A stretch of 64,000 nucleotides of DNA, from the NCBI GenBank assembly GCA_965208765.1, contig OZ242354.1, forward strand, positions 1,383,343-1,447,342. The letters run 5' to 3'. This DNA comes from Candidatus Poribacteria bacterium (GTDB lineage Bacteria > Poribacteria > WGA-4E > JAJDTR01). The notes under the pieces are model-generated. The model was not told the origin of the DNA and ran no database searches. It was given only the letters and a program-made list of their open reading frames with translations. Position 1 is the first letter of the stretch. Each line of letters starts with the position of its first letter. Both the position numbers and the translations under genes were made by a program. Shown piece by piece: positions 10,576-20,644 of the stretch.

Positions 10576-12744
10576 ATGAAGTTTTCGTACCGCTGTAGTT
10601 TGATCTTATGCTGCTTAGTTATCGTATCGCTCGCCGCTTGCATTACAGGAGGCGTATCGAACAAAATCGAGAAATTGATCGAGGCGAAGGATTACCACGG
10701 AGCCATCGAAGTTTACCAAACCGTTGTCAACGCAAAACCTGGAACATCCGAAGCCCGCGAAGCCCAGCTTGAGATGGCTAAGCTGTATACAAAGAAGCTG
10801 AATAAGCCGGATCGCGGTGCGGAGTTGTATCAGGAGGTTATTGCGTCCGCGCCGGACAGCCAGGAAGCGGCAAACGCCCACTATGAGTTGGGGATGTATT
10901 ACTTCCGATCTAAGGAGTATGAATCTGCACAAGGACAGTTTGATACGGTTGTGAATAAATTCTCTGAATTGGAACTTAGCAACAACGCCCAACTTATGCT
11001 TGCCAAGAGTTTTGAAGAAGCCGAGGACTATAAGCAGGCTGCTGAAATCTATGATAATTTCGCTAACCGTCATCCCGCGAGCGAACGCGCCGCGTTGGCA
11101 CTTGTAAATAAAGCTAGAATTCAAAAGAACTACCTAAAGAACCAACAAGAAGCCAAGCGCACGTACCAATCAATTGTAAAAAAGTATGGCCGGCTTGAAG
11201 GGGTTGAGGATCAAATTAATGAAGCAAAACAAGAACTGACCGAAATTGGTGCGAGCATTCCCAAACCCGACGACCCGTTGGAAACACAAATGGGGCGCGC
11301 TCTGGAACGACAAAGGAAACGCCTAGAAAGGGACCGCCCGCGCGGAGGCGCAGAAAAGAGTCGTGCGATGGGTGTTACTTCCATCATCCCGGATTCTGGC
11401 TTTGGTATCAGCGCACAGGAAATAATGAAAAATTTTGGTGCTCCGCTCGGAATTCAAGCTGATCCGGATGGAACATACTACGACGCGCAATTCATGATTG
11501 CTGGTTTCCTTTTCGGAGATGAACACTATCGTGATGCGGGAGCAATCCTCTTTGACGCAATCCACCGGGCGAAAAACGATAATGCTAAAATTGATCCGTA
11601 TTACTATGTGCGACTGTCGATCTGCTATCGGAAGCTAGGCATGCATAAGCGTGCGCGAGAAATGCTCGAGCAAGCGGTAAAAGTAGACCGAAATGTTCTT
11701 GATGCCGTTATCACAGCGGGGCAAGATCGCTACGCCGATGCGAGGATTATGGATACCGAGGAAGACAAGCAAGAAGCCTATGAACAAGCGATCGCGATCT
11801 ATAACTCCGTCCTAGGTTTCAATAAAGGTAAGGATGCGGATGTCTATTTTCGGTTAGGCCTAGCCTATCAGAAGATGGGGAACCTAGACATGGAACGCGA
11901 ATCTTTTGAACGTGCTGTCGCTGTAGATACAGACCACATGGACGCGCTCCAATGGTTACCGGATGTCTACAAACGGATGAAGAACCGGTCACGGGCAACG
12001 ACCTTTCAGAACATCGTTGACGGCAAGGGCGAACTTTATGTGAATAAGATGGTCATTGGCGACCTTTGTTACAACTACGAAAATTACAGAAAGGCGAAAT
12101 CTCTCTATTCTGCAGCAGCGCGAAATGCCGAGCGCGGCGGTAAAGTAGACATCAACATGGATTCGGCAGAACGCCTTACACGCTTACCCGGGATTGGCTC
12201 TACATTGGCTAACGCAATTATTGCCGGACGGCCGTATGAAAGAGCCGACGATTTGCTTCGCGTAGAAGGAATCGATGAGCAAAGGTTAGACTCCCTTCGC
12301 GATAGAATTGCGGTGCAAAGGAGCGTGGCACGAGAAGAAAAGAGGCAGCGAGAAAATAGAATTGTTCATTCGACGATTCGCGCAGCGATGGCGGCTCAAA
12401 AACTGGGACAAGAAGATAACGTGAGCGAACTAATGGAGGGATTGGCAGAGAGATTTTCCGAGCATCCACTCCTTCCATACGGGCAGGGCGAAATCGCTCT
12501 GATTAAGGGCGAAACAGATGCCGCTATTGAATCTTTCAAAAAAGCAATTGAGATTGCTCCACACTCCGACTTCGCCCCGGTGGCTCTCGGCGAATATTAT
12601 CTCTCCAAGGGTTACGATGATGAGGCGCTGGCGGTTTGGGAGACATTTCTTGAAGGAAATAGATACAATAGAAACGTTATTGAGCGCCTTAAGAAGCTAA
12701 AATCCAAAATCAACAGCGCAAGCGCGGCCGCCGAGTTGGAATAA
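10576..12744 (+). CDS. TPR-repeat lipoprotein with C-terminal helix-hairpin-helix (ComEA-like) motif
   Basis: Lipobox LAAC in the signal peptide. Multiple TPR-like repeats. HhH motif RLTRLPGIGSTLANAIIAGRPY. The promoter-like AT-rich region and GGAGG ribosome-binding site lie upstream. Confidence 0.7.
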   Translation: MKFSYRCSLILCCLVIVSLAACITGGVSNKIEKLIEAKDYHGAIEVYQTVVNAKPGTSEAREAQLEMAKLYTKKLNKPDRGAELYQEVIASAPDSQEAANAHYELGMYYFRSKEYESAQGQFDTVVNKFSELELSNNAQLMLAKSFEEAEDYKQAAEIYDNFANRHPASERAALALVNKARIQKNYLKNQQEAKRTYQSIVKKYGRLEGVEDQINEAKQELTEIGASIPKPDDPLETQMGRALERQRKRLERDRPRGGAEKSRAMGVTSIIPDSGFGISAQEIMKNFGAPLGIQADPDGTYYDAQFMIAGFLFGDEHYRDAGAILFDAIHRAKNDNAKIDPYYYVRLSICYRKLGMHKRAREMLEQAVKVDRNVLDAVITAGQDRYADARIMDTEEDKQEAYEQAIAIYNSVLGFNKGKDADVYFRLGLAYQKMGNLDMERESFERAVAVDTDHMDALQWLPDVYKRMKNRSRATTFQNIVDGKGELYVNKMVIGDLCYNYENYRKAKSLYSAAARNAERGGKVDINMDSAERLTRLPGIGSTLANAIIAGRPYERADDLLRVEGIDEQRLDSLRDRIAVQRSVAREEKRQRENRIVHSTIRAAMAAQKLGQEDNVSELMEGLAERFSEHPLLPYGQGEIALIKGETDAAIESFKKAIEIAPHSDFAPVALGEYYLSKGYDDEALAVWETFLEGNRYNRNVIERLKKLKSKINSASAAAELE

Positions 12745-12805
12745 GTAGGCGAACTAATCGACGCTGCACGCATGAAATCTGTTCCTGTTGACATAACGAG
12801 CAAAT

Positions 12806-13642
12806 TTGCACCGGAATGAGGCTGGACTATTGGCAAATGATCCTGCGGAGATGCTATGCTCCGTTGAGAAGATAGCACGGGAGGCGGGCGTAATCTTGGT
12901 GGAGTATTTCGGTAGGATTGCCCAAGTCGAATACAAGGGAATTGGTGATATCGTAACGGAGGCGGACAAAGCTTCTGAAGAATTCATCAAAGCGAGTCTT
13001 GAGGCGCTGTTCCCCAATGACTCTATTCTCGGTGAGGAGTTCGGATTGTCGGACATGCAATCCGAAAATTGTTGGGTTACCGATCCCCTGGACGGAACTG
13101 CCAATTATGCGGCGGGATTGCCTATCTTTTCGATTGCAATTGGTCTGTTGTGCAACGGAAGTCCAATCCTCGGTGTTGTCTTTGACCCCAATATGGACCA
13201 AATGTTCAGTGCGATAAAGGGACAAACTGCAACTCTTAATGGTACTGCTATCCGTGCGAACAGGCGAGAAAAACTGGATCCGATAGGGCTATTTGGATTT
13301 TCCTCAGAGGTTATGAAAGCGCTAAATCCCTTTATGCAGAATCTTGCAAAGGGACGTTCGTTGGGCTCTGCTGCACTCCACATCTGCGGCGTTGGAACTG
13401 GATATTTCGATGGTAGTCTCGATTATACGACAAAACTCTGGGACGTAACTGCCGCGACAGCCATATTGGAGGCGGCAGGCGGCTCCGTGACGTACCCATC
13501 AGGCGAAGCTATTTTCCCTTTGCCGGCAGACTCCCCAGCGTATCACGGTGCTAACGTACCCTTTCTGGCAACCAATGGAAAACTTCATGAGGAATGCGTA
13601 AGCGAGCTCGCTAAAATCAGCCCAATCGGCGATGAGAATTAG
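12806..13642 (+). CDS. suhB: inositol monophosphatase family protein
   Basis: IMPase motifs (DPLDGTANYAAGLP; WDVTAATAILEAAGG). The start may be the internal Met at 12851. Confidence 0.85.
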   Translation: MHRNEAGLLANDPAEMLCSVEKIAREAGVILVEYFGRIAQVEYKGIGDIVTEADKASEEFIKASLEALFPNDSILGEEFGLSDMQSENCWVTDPLDGTANYAAGLPIFSIAIGLLCNGSPILGVVFDPNMDQMFSAIKGQTATLNGTAIRANRREKLDPIGLFGFSSEVMKALNPFMQNLAKGRSLGSAALHICGVGTGYFDGSLDYTTKLWDVTAATAILEAAGGSVTYPSGEAIFPLPADSPAYHGANVPFLATNGKLHEECVSELAKISPIGDEN

Positions 13643-13854
13643 GTCACGTAGAATATCGATACATAAACACTCGCATTATCTAGCGAACCATTTCGCTTCT
13701 CGCGGCCATCTCAAGGCACTCCCGGAATCGGGAAAACCTGCTTTTCTCATTTCGACCGGCCTTCATAATGGTGCCAGCGATGAGGGATACCATTCCTGCG
13801 GTAATATTTCCAATTCGTACGATTCAAACAACCTTAACCACTGAGGAGATTCTC

Positions 13855-14382
13855 ATGGGAAATGTCAACCTTCTCGATCCGCTCGATCATGGTAGTAAAT
13901 CTGCTAAGTATCCTGCTCCTCGCCTTGACACGCTAAATGGCAAAACGATGGGGCTGCTCAACATTGGGAAGAATGGTAGTGATGTCTTCCTCGAACGTGT
14001 CGAAGAGCTGATCTGCGGAGAGTTTGATGTCGCGGAAGTTGTCCACGTTAACAAACCGACATTTACACGCCCTGCGCCCGATGAACTCATAATCCAGCTT
14101 GCTAATCGGTGTGATTTTGTCATCGAAGGACTTGCTGACTGAGGCTCTTGCATATCGTGCAGTATGCACGACGGAGCAGCACTGGAGGAATGTGGGATTC
14201 CATCGGTTGCGATCTGTTCGGAGGTATTCTTCGCGGCTGGAAAGGTACAAGCAAAAGCACTCGGTTATGAAAACCTTGAACCCATAACCGTCGGGCATCC
14301 GATACAAAGTCTGACAACTGACCAAGTGCGGAGTCGCGCTGATGGAATCGTAGAGAAAATCACTTCCGCACTGACAAGATAG
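13855..14382 (+). CDS. UGSC-family (seleno)protein; in-frame UGA at 14140-14142 read as selenocysteine
   Basis: Track ORFs 13768..14142 and 14164..14382 are in the same frame and are separated only by a single TGA. Read-through gives ...IEGLAD-U-GSCISC..., which contains the U-G-S-C motif that names the family. The ATG at 13855 has a GGAG ribosome-binding site 7 nt upstream. Confidence 0.55.
14143..14175 (+). promoter_or_regulatory. candidate bacterial SECIS hairpin downstream of the UGA
   Basis: A 7-bp stem tcgtgca/tgcacga with a GUA apical loop begins about 11 nt after the UGA, and an overlapping tgcata...tatgca stem is also present. This placement is what a bacterial SECIS element requires. 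Confidence 0.35.
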
Positions 14383-14534
14383 TTTAATTCACAGCAGGGC
14401 AGAGAACAGACAAGCCACAAATGAAGAGTTAATTTTGGCTATTCATATCATTGAGAATAGCCCATTAATCGTGGAGATCTCGTAGCATAAACTGTATGAA
14501 GGTTAAATATTTAAATCGGTTATTCTAGTTTTCC

Positions 14535-14748
14535 CTAAACTCGGTAGGTGCGGTTTCCTAACCGCGCCGAGCATTGTTAGGATATTACCGAATTATTTTT
14601 TTTAACTTCATTTAGTGGTCTATTCGCTAAGAATTTAATGCTTACGAGACTGGCACAGAAAACTGTTCTACCACGCCGGTAGGTGCGGTTTCTAACCGCA
14701 CCGGCACCCAACTCTAACCATATTGTTTTGGAAAATAAACCATTTAGT
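14535..14748. repeat. 132-bp hairpin repeat family: degenerate half unit plus one full unit
   Basis: Contains ggtaggtgcggtttc(c)taaccgc and the full consensus gtggtctattcgctaagaatttaatgcttacgagactggcac...ccggtaggtgcggtttctaaccgcaccggcaccc...ggaaaataaacc. It matches the tandem array at 46496-47034. Confidence 0.85.
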
Positions 14749-14904
14749 TTGTGCATCACACGCATAATCTAACAGATCAAGTGAGCAATCAACCGAGTGG
14801 CTAGGGAGTGCCGTATAGATCCCATAGCGATAGGCAACCCTTGTGCTACAAAGGCAGTAACTTTGGTTAACTAACCCAAGTTGCCACCTCTGTTCAACCG
14901 AGGC

Positions 14905-15004
14905 ACAGAAACCGAGTTTTTCCGACATGGATACACGAGACTGCCGAAAATTAGTCCAATTTACCTGAAACTTGGCAAACGCGAACCAAAAACTCGGTTT
15001 CTTT
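14905..15004. repeat. second hairpin repeat family (gaaaccgagtttttcc...aacttggtttc), split copy
   Basis: Halves gaaaccgagtttttccg and cctgaaacttgg/aaaaactcggtttc are separated by about 40 bp of inserted sequence. They are related to the copies at 20485 and 37628. Confidence 0.4.
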
Positions 15005-15133
15005 GTTTAGGTAGCAACTTGCGTTAACTAACAACACAATTTACCACTGAAATGAGGATTGGAAGTATTTCGTAGGCGGTTCAGTTTCGAAGATGAAAAA
15101 GGTAATCGAAGGCGGAAGTGGATTAAATAGAAG

Positions 15134-16060
15134 ATGACCAGCCAAGACAAACCAACTCTCCTGGTCACCGGCGCTAGCGGTTTTGTGGGAAGGACGCTTT
15201 GTCGTTGCGCGGTTGAAAGTGAACACGGCGTCGTCGCATTGTCCCGTTCACCAGACACTGCTGCAGCATTGCTTCCTCATGAAACGAAGGTGGAGGCATG
15301 GCTACCCGATACCGAACTCCTCACGTCTTCAGCCTTGTCTGAAATCGGAGCCGTCGTTCATCTAGCCGGAGAAACTATTGGGGAAAGATGGAATCCCGAC
15401 AAGAAACAGCGAATTCGAGAAAGTCGCGTACATTCGACGAATCGGCTTGTAGAATCCCTAGCTAAAGCCGATACAAAGCCCGCGGTCTTGGTGTGCGCCT
15501 CCGCGATTGGATATTACGGTGAAGGTGGAGATCAGGAATTCACCGAGGATTCTCCACCGGGCAATGATTTCCTCGCCGGTGTCTGTCAGGATTGGGAGGC
15601 GGAAGCGCAAAAGGCGGAGGCGCTGGGAATCCGTGTGGTCCACATCCGGCTAGGACATGTGTTTGGAAGAAATGGCGGCTTGCTTGGAAAGATGCTTCCC
15701 CCGTTTTACATGGGCTTGGGAGGCAGGTTGGGAAGTGGATCCCAGTGGATGTCATGGATTCATATTGACGATGTGGCGCGAATAATACTGTATGCGATCG
15801 AAAATCAAAACGTAAACGGTGCACTTAACGCTACTGCGCCACTCCCCGTTAGAAACATTGAGTTCACCAAGACCCTCGGCCGTGTTATCCGTCGTCCGAC
15901 CCTTTTTCCTGTGCCTACTTTTGCCTTAAAGCTACGCTATGGCGAGTTCACCGATTTCATGCTCATGAGTCAGCGCGTTCTCCCTGAGCACACCTTGTCG
16001 ATGGGCTTTGAATTCCGCTATGCGGATATCGAATCGGCTTTGCGGGCATCTCTGGGGTGA
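15134..16060 (+). CDS. TIGR01777-family epimerase (YfcH/SDR39U1-like; NAD-binding Rossmann fold plus C-terminal DUF1731)
   Basis: Rossmann motif TGASGFVG, the conserved VHLAGE, and a DUF1731-like C-terminus. Confidence 0.8.
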   Translation: MTSQDKPTLLVTGASGFVGRTLCRCAVESEHGVVALSRSPDTAAALLPHETKVEAWLPDTELLTSSALSEIGAVVHLAGETIGERWNPDKKQRIRESRVHSTNRLVESLAKADTKPAVLVCASAIGYYGEGGDQEFTEDSPPGNDFLAGVCQDWEAEAQKAEALGIRVVHIRLGHVFGRNGGLLGKMLPPFYMGLGGRLGSGSQWMSWIHIDDVARIILYAIENQNVNGALNATAPLPVRNIEFTKTLGRVIRRPTLFPVPTFALKLRYGEFTDFMLMSQRVLPEHTLSMGFEFRYADIESALRASLG

Positions 16061-16120
16061 TATCCAGCTGGTGCAAGTATGTCGGTAGAATACCTACTCT
16101 GTACGATCGCTCCTCGAACG

Positions 16121-17077
16121 TTAATGAGGTGGCACGAGCATTCGTAGTCTTGTTTCCGCTTCTCTACCAATCTCCCCGCCAGTCGCAAGTTTAGCTGCCA
16201 TCTTAAAGTCTTCCCGCGCTTGTTCGATATCCCCCAAGCGCTGATGAGCAGCGCCTCTGCGCAGATGGACGGGTCCCAGAATTGGATGACCTTCCTCCCA
16301 CATCTGGATCTCGGTACTTGCGAGTTCAATGACTCTGAGATAGTCTGATCTTGCATCCTGTTTCCTATTCAAGCGTTCAAACGTTTCGCCACGGCTAAGG
16401 TACGCCTCCGCAAACTTCGGTTCTATCTCTATCCCCCTGTTGAAATCATCCAGAGCTAGTTCATTCTTTCGTAGCCGCTGGAAGGCTCGTCCCCGTTGGA
16501 AGTAACCGGCTGCGCCGTCCTTACGCTGAATAACAGCGGTATAATCCGCGAGACCGCGTGCCTCTTCACCGACTTGCAAATAGACTTCTGCCCTTTTCCA
16601 TATGACAAACGCCGCCCACCTTGCCCCTAGTGATGCTGTGTAATCCGCAATGGCTTGATGATAATCTCCTAGTTCCCGGTAAGCATCGCCACGGCTAAAG
16701 TACGCTTCAGCTTGGTAGCGTTTCAACTTGAGCACCCGATCGTAATCAGCAATTGCATTCCGGTATTCCCCAAGGCGGTAGTATGCAAGCCCTCTTCGGA
16801 TCATAGCAAGGGCATGTTTCGGATTCTTCTCAATTGCGCGTGTAAAAGCGTCGATCGATCCCTGATAATCAGGGTTGATTCCTTCCAGCAGGGAGGTCCC
16901 CTCGTTGACATATTCCACGACCACGGGATTCTCCCCTTTGAGGCGCTCCCAACTGACAAACCGTGAGGCGAGCAGCACACAGATTATCAACAAGGGCGCC
17001 ATAATCCAAATCAGCGCACGCATCTGTTCTCCGTTTGCATCATATAGCGTAAAAGGAACTAATGTGGGCAATCGCAA
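16121..17077 (-). CDS. membrane-anchored TPR-repeat protein
   Basis: N-terminal transmembrane helix, then about 7 TPR repeats (AEAYFSRGDAYRELGDYHQAIADY and similar). Confidence 0.65.
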   Translation of the reverse strand: MRLPTLVPFTLYDANGEQMRALIWIMAPLLIICVLLASRFVSWERLKGENPVVVEYVNEGTSLLEGINPDYQGSIDAFTRAIEKNPKHALAMIRRGLAYYRLGEYRNAIADYDRVLKLKRYQAEAYFSRGDAYRELGDYHQAIADYTASLGARWAAFVIWKRAEVYLQVGEEARGLADYTAVIQRKDGAAGYFQRGRAFQRLRKNELALDDFNRGIEIEPKFAEAYLSRGETFERLNRKQDARSDYLRVIELASTEIQMWEEGHPILGPVHLRRGAAHQRLGDIEQAREDFKMAAKLATGGEIGREAETRLRMLVPPH

Positions 17078-17421
17078 GAGTATTGGACTGTTGGGCCATC
17101 GGGCGGCTACATCCGTTCAACCGTACATGTCTATTGCTTGCCGCGTGGAAACTCAACTAATGATACTCCATTTACAGTAGAACAAACAATTCGAATCTGA
17201 TGGCTGTAAATCCTGATACGAATCAGCCCCGTAATGAGTGCAGAGTGTGAGAGATCCCACCTATCTACGCCGGGGATGTACCGCTTGTCCACCCACTAAT
17301 TCTGGTTCCTGATTTGCTCTACACGATAACATCTCAACCTGACTGTCGTCAAATTACCGATTTGACAACCCGTCGCGTTTGATGTATCATAGTTTCGCGA
17401 CACTCTCCCGGGAATTTAACC

Positions 17422-17958
17422 GTGACCGACCCAATTCTAGAAAACTCACATGCACAAGATGATGTTGGCCCCCGGTTTCGATTTTGCCCGAAATGCGCGG
17501 AACGGCTCGAAAATCGGCTCATTGAACGACATCGCCGCCAAGCCTGCACCGCATGTGACTTCATTTTCTATCAAGATCCCAAACCGGTAGCCGGCACATT
17601 AGCGCTGAAAGACGACAAAATTTTGCTAATTCAACGCGGAAACGAACCTAAACACGGTTTCTGGAGTTTTCCAACCGGTTTCATTGACATCGGCGACACA
17701 CCGGAAGAAACCGCAATTCGTGAAGTCAAAGAAGAAGCGGACGTTGAGGTAGAACTAGACCAGCTCCTGGGTGTTTACTCTGACATGGAGCGCACCGTAG
17801 TATTAATTGTATATGTGGGCAGGATAGTCTCCGGCGTACCAAGGGGAAGTGCAGAAGCGCTTGACGCACGTTTATTTGATTCCCAATCCCTGCCAGAACT
17901 TGCATTTGACCACGATTTTCAGATACTAGCTGACCTGTTCGACAAGATGGAGAGATGA
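17422..17958 (+). CDS. NUDIX hydrolase with N-terminal zinc-ribbon
   Basis: CPKC...CTAC zinc ribbon followed by a Nudix box (GFWSFPTGFIDIGDTPEETAIREVKEEADVEV). Confidence 0.8.
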   Translation: MTDPILENSHAQDDVGPRFRFCPKCAERLENRLIERHRRQACTACDFIFYQDPKPVAGTLALKDDKILLIQRGNEPKHGFWSFPTGFIDIGDTPEETAIREVKEEADVEVELDQLLGVYSDMERTVVLIVYVGRIVSGVPRGSAEALDARLFDSQSLPELAFDHDFQILADLFDKMER

Positions 17959-18046
17959 CGCAGGCTAAGGATTTCAATGACAGAACCGCCGGCTGCATGC
18001 CGGAAGAATGTCCGTAATAGATACCTTCTACGTAAGGAGACGGTGA

Positions 18047-19396
18047 ATGCCTACAATCCTAGAAAGATATGCGGAGGCGTTTCAGAAGCACGAAAAACTC
18101 GCGCGTCAAGCGGGATATATGTTCCCGGACGGCGTCACACATGATAGTCGACATGCGGATCCATTTCCTATCTATGTTGATCGAGCGGAGGGATCAAAGA
18201 AATGGGGCGTCGATGGAAAAGAATTCATCGATTACTGGGCTGGGCATGGCGCTTTACTGTTAGGGCATGGCCATCCCGCAATTGTCAAGGCGGTAAAGCG
18301 CCAGATGGAACACGGCACTCACTATGGTGCATGTCATCCGCTTGAGATTGAGTGGGCAAGCTTGGTGAAGGAACTCATCGCGTCGGCGGAACGCGTGCGA
18401 TTCGTGAGCTCCGGCACGGAAGCCACGTTGATGGGATTACGCCTATCGCGCACTTTTACCGGCAAAAACAAACTGCTCAAATTCGCAGGGCATTTTCACG
18501 GGTGGCACGACTTTGTCATTCAGGATGCGTATCCTCCCTTCGGAAAACCGGTTCCCGGAATCCCGGCAGAGGTAATAGATACCACCGTGATCTGCCCGCC
18601 AAACGACATCGCCGCGGTTGAAAGGTGTTTGCAGACGGATTCGGACATCGCATGTGTGATTTTGGAGCCGACAGGCGGATCTTCAGGAGCGATTCCGACT
18701 AAAGGTGAGTTCCTACTTCAACTGCGTGAAGTCACCCGCCACTACGGCGTCGTTTTGCTCTTTGACGAGGTGGTTACCGGTTTTCGCGTGGCACCCGGTG
18801 GCGCACAGGGATATTACGGTGTGACACCTGATCTGACGAGCCTCGCCAAGATCGTAGCAGGTGGTTTGCCCGGCGGCGCCCTTGTCGGCAAAAAGGATAT
18901 CTTGGACTTGATCTCGATTAAAGAGCAGGAGACCTCCGACGAACCTCAGAAAATGCCTCATCCTGGTACGTTCAATGCAAATCCCCTAACCGCAGCAGCC
19001 GCTATCGCAATGCTAAACATTGTCAAAACGGGCGAACCCCACCGGCATGTAAACCGCACGGCTGACGACCTACGAGACGGATTCAATGATGTCATAGACA
19101 GCCACGGTCTCGATTGGGCAACTTACGGTGAGTTTTCGTGCATCAAGATGATTCTTGGACACGGGGAGAAGGTTCGTGCCAAAGACTTCAATCCACATGA
19201 ATGGGACTATCGTCGATTGAAAACCGCGAGCCAGCCCGATCTGATGATGAATCTTCGTTGTAGCATGCTACTGAATGGAATCGATTTCCCCAGTAACGGT
19301 ATGACGACGGCGGCACACACAGATAAAGATATTCAACAAACAGTCGCCGCACTAGATCAAACCGTCAACTGGATGAAAGAAGACGGGTTGATATGA
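18047..19396 (+). CDS. class-III (GSA-aminomutase-like) pyridoxal-phosphate aminotransferase
   Basis: Aminotransferase class III fold motifs (SGTEATLMGLRLSR; DEVVTGFRV; the lysine region LAKIVAGGLPGGA). Confidence 0.85.
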   Translation: MPTILERYAEAFQKHEKLARQAGYMFPDGVTHDSRHADPFPIYVDRAEGSKKWGVDGKEFIDYWAGHGALLLGHGHPAIVKAVKRQMEHGTHYGACHPLEIEWASLVKELIASAERVRFVSSGTEATLMGLRLSRTFTGKNKLLKFAGHFHGWHDFVIQDAYPPFGKPVPGIPAEVIDTTVICPPNDIAAVERCLQTDSDIACVILEPTGGSSGAIPTKGEFLLQLREVTRHYGVVLLFDEVVTGFRVAPGGAQGYYGVTPDLTSLAKIVAGGLPGGALVGKKDILDLISIKEQETSDEPQKMPHPGTFNANPLTAAAAIAMLNIVKTGEPHRHVNRTADDLRDGFNDVIDSHGLDWATYGEFSCIKMILGHGEKVRAKDFNPHEWDYRRLKTASQPDLMMNLRCSMLLNGIDFPSNGMTTAAHTDKDIQQTVAALDQTVNWMKEDGLI

Positions 19397-19454
19397 GCGG
19401 AGGCTCCGCAAACAACAGGAATGATGGTTTTCTGCGGCAATCTCTATCGCACTC

Positions 19455-19490
19455 CATACGGTAGGTGCGGTTTCCAACCGCACCGAGGTC
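19455..19490. repeat. solo copy of the repeat-family hairpin (ggtaggtgcggtttccaaccgcaccg)
   Basis: Same hairpin as the core of the 132-bp repeat. It sits about 60 nt after the aminotransferase stop. Confidence 0.6.
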
Positions 19491-19599
19491 CGCTCCCACA
19501 GAAATCAGCACCAAGAGTCATCTTCTGTGGCGCACCCATCAATCAATGGGCTGGTATTCCCTCGCCCAAGTCTACATGGAATTTAATTGTTTAAGACAC

Positions 19600-19860
19600 T
19601 GATAACTGTTTAGTTCGGTCCAAAAAAGAAGAAAAATTAGTCTGGCATTTATTTGGGATTGACTGTCGCTAGGGTGAGCCTCCCTCTGCGAAAGTGGCAT
19701 CCCTCTGTGGGAAGGAATCAAGGGAGCGAACAGCGACCGCGATAGAGATCCCCCTGCCCCGATACTAACTACGGCGGACGTGCAATGAGTTGCTACTACA
19801 AACCGACATCGGCGGTATAGATTGATGAACTAAACAACTACAGACACTGAAACCACATGA
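19600..19860. repeat. structured element of about 260 bp (copy 2), sharing the gaaggatcaagggagcgNNNagcgaccgcgatagaRatccc core with 5524-5788
   Basis: Imperfect terminal inverted repeats (cactgataactgtttagttc / gaactaaacaactacagacactg) and internal stems (gtcgct...agcgac). A core of about 40 bp is about 88% identical to the element at 5524-5788. Confidence 0.45.
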
Positions 19861-19955
19861 TTAGTGCCCTAAAACGCTTAACTTAATCCCTACCCCTCGA
19901 CTAATGCGCACCCCTAACATAAATGTCAACAAAATTTCGTAATATAGGCTTCTAG

Positions 19956-20450
19956 ATGATGAATATGGATGAGAAACAGGCGAAAGAAGAAGCCTTACTG
20001 TATTGGCAGGAAGCACTGGAATACCAAATGCGCGGGGAATTTGCCGATGCAATTGAGTTGTACCTGAAATCTATACAACTTTATCCTACGGCTGAGGCAC
20101 ACACCTATCTCGGTTGGACGTATTCTATGATGGGACGAGTCTACGACGCGATTGATGAGTGCAAAACGGCTATAGCAATCGATCCCGATTTCGGTAACCC
20201 ATACAACGACATCGGCGCTTCTCTAATTCAGCTTGGCGAACACGATGCGGCAATACCTTGGCTTGAAAAAGCGATCGCCGCTCCCCGCTATGAAGCTCGA
20301 GCACACCCTTTCATGAACCTCGGACGTGTCTTTGAACACCGATTCGAGTGGTCGAAAGCCATCGCGAGCTACAAGCGGGCGTTGGAAGAAAGCCCCGACT
20401 ACAAGATTGCGTTCGTAGCGATGAGAAAACTTCAGGCAAAGCTGAATTGA
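19956..20450 (+). CDS. TPR-repeat protein
   Basis: 164 aa with 3-4 TPR motifs (AIELYLKSIQLYPTAEAHTYLGW...). Confidence 0.7.
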   Translation: MMNMDEKQAKEEALLYWQEALEYQMRGEFADAIELYLKSIQLYPTAEAHTYLGWTYSMMGRVYDAIDECKTAIAIDPDFGNPYNDIGASLIQLGEHDAAIPWLEKAIAAPRYEARAHPFMNLGRVFEHRFEWSKAIASYKRALEESPDYKIAFVAMRKLQAKLN

Positions 20451-20484
20451 CCCTTTCTTTAAACAGTCTTTTTTTACGTATGAA

Positions 20485-20545
20485 ATCCATTGAAACCGAG
20501 TTTTTTCCCGAAAACTTGGTTTCTTCCAACAATCCTATTTACCTC
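20485..20545. repeat. second hairpin repeat family copy (ttgaaaccgagttttttcccgaaaacttggtttcttcc...)
   Basis: About 85% identical over 55 bp to 37628-37685. It has a stem gaaaccgagtt/aacttggtttc. Confidence 0.5.
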
Positions 20546-20644
20546 AAGAATCCGTATGCGTATTTCCTATACGTTTGTTTTTAACAAACAAACCACTAAG
20601 ACCCCGCCACCGAAAAACACATTTCCCCATTAAGAGAAAACAGC

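Noticed and set aside
13768-13854. Longer N-terminal start for the UGSC gene (track ORF from 13768)
   Set aside because: The Met at 13855 has a GGAG ribosome-binding site at the right spacing, and the upstream extension has no ribosome-binding site. It is kept as an alternative.
19455-19490. Repeat hairpin after the aminotransferase gene as a rho-independent terminator
   Set aside because: The stem is strong, but no U-tract follows immediately. The nearest T-run is over 15 nt away in the full consensus, so a terminator role is unsupported.
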